A stretch of DNA of 64,000 nucleotides, from NCBI GenBank assembly GCA_021605075.1, contig BPLQ01011166.1, positions 471,264 to 535,263 on the forward strand, in the 5' to 3' direction. Of the stretch, positions 63,745 through 64,000 are shown in pieces. Source of the stretch: Caerostris darwini (lineage: Eukaryota). Positions within the stretch are counted from its first letter, which is position 1; each line of letters starts with the position of its first letter. Under the pieces are notes generated by a model. The model was not told the origin of the DNA and ran no database searches. It was given only the letters and a program-made list of their open reading frames with translations. The translations under genes and the position numbers were made by a program.

Positions 63745-64000
63745 CTGAAAAATATTGAATGCCGTAAACGTTCTCATTTATGTTTTTACACAAAGAAACG
63801 ATGTTATGGTTCAAGGATTAATGCTTAATTGATGGCTTGTTATCTAACGTAAGAAATTAATTCGATTGATCAGAAAAATTTGAATTTGCTAAGTTGGTGG
63901 AACCTTTATAGTGACATATTTAAATTCCTCAAGTTTCCAGACTTAAACTACGAATCTTGGAAAGTGAACATGAAAGTAATCCCCGTGGGGACATCGTGGG

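Noticed and set aside
1-64000. CRISPR arrays, rRNA genes, operon-like gene clusters
   Set aside because: None seen. The window is eukaryotic, with spliced genes, retrotransposons and poly(A)-tailed SINEs. The only periodic repeats are microsatellites and TE terminal repeats.

Overview
AT-rich (~70% AT) eukaryotic, most likely invertebrate metazoan, genomic window. No prokaryotic features such as operons or CRISPR are present. Two host protein-coding genes are present, both on the minus strand. The first is a 5-exon ribosomal protein L23a (uL23) gene at 9595-12092; it carries a long Ala/Pro/Lys-rich N-terminal extension of the kind seen in arthropods. The second is a complete 14-exon major vault protein (MVP) gene at 27550-37837, about 872 aa and collinear with human MVP. 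The rest of the window is a dense mosaic of transposable elements from at least nine families. A degenerate hAT DNA transposon (8-bp TSD AACTAGTG) contains a nested, internally deleted mariner whose TIR resembles Himar1. There is a near-full-length Jockey/R1-clade LINE on the minus strand with an intact ORF1 carrying three CCHC knuckles. A second LINE family sits on the plus strand, with a 5'-truncated copy lying immediately upstream of RPL23A. There are at least three Tc1/mariner-like remnants, one of which has recognisable TIRs. A ~10.4 kb BEL/Pao LTR retrotransposon has a Ty3/Gypsy-like element inserted into its protease region. Four copies of a tRNA-derived SINE fall into two subfamilies, and three of them have clear target-site duplications. 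Findings that deserve a second look include an apparent 1-nt frameshift in MVP exon 2, the Gypsy-in-BEL nesting with unusually short (~72 bp) LTRs, an inverted SINE pair able to form a ~290-bp hairpin, and a GC-rich island with tandem GCGCATGCGC palindromes plus a foldback element just 3' of RPL23A. All coordinates come from manual reading and may be off by 1-3 nt at splice sites.
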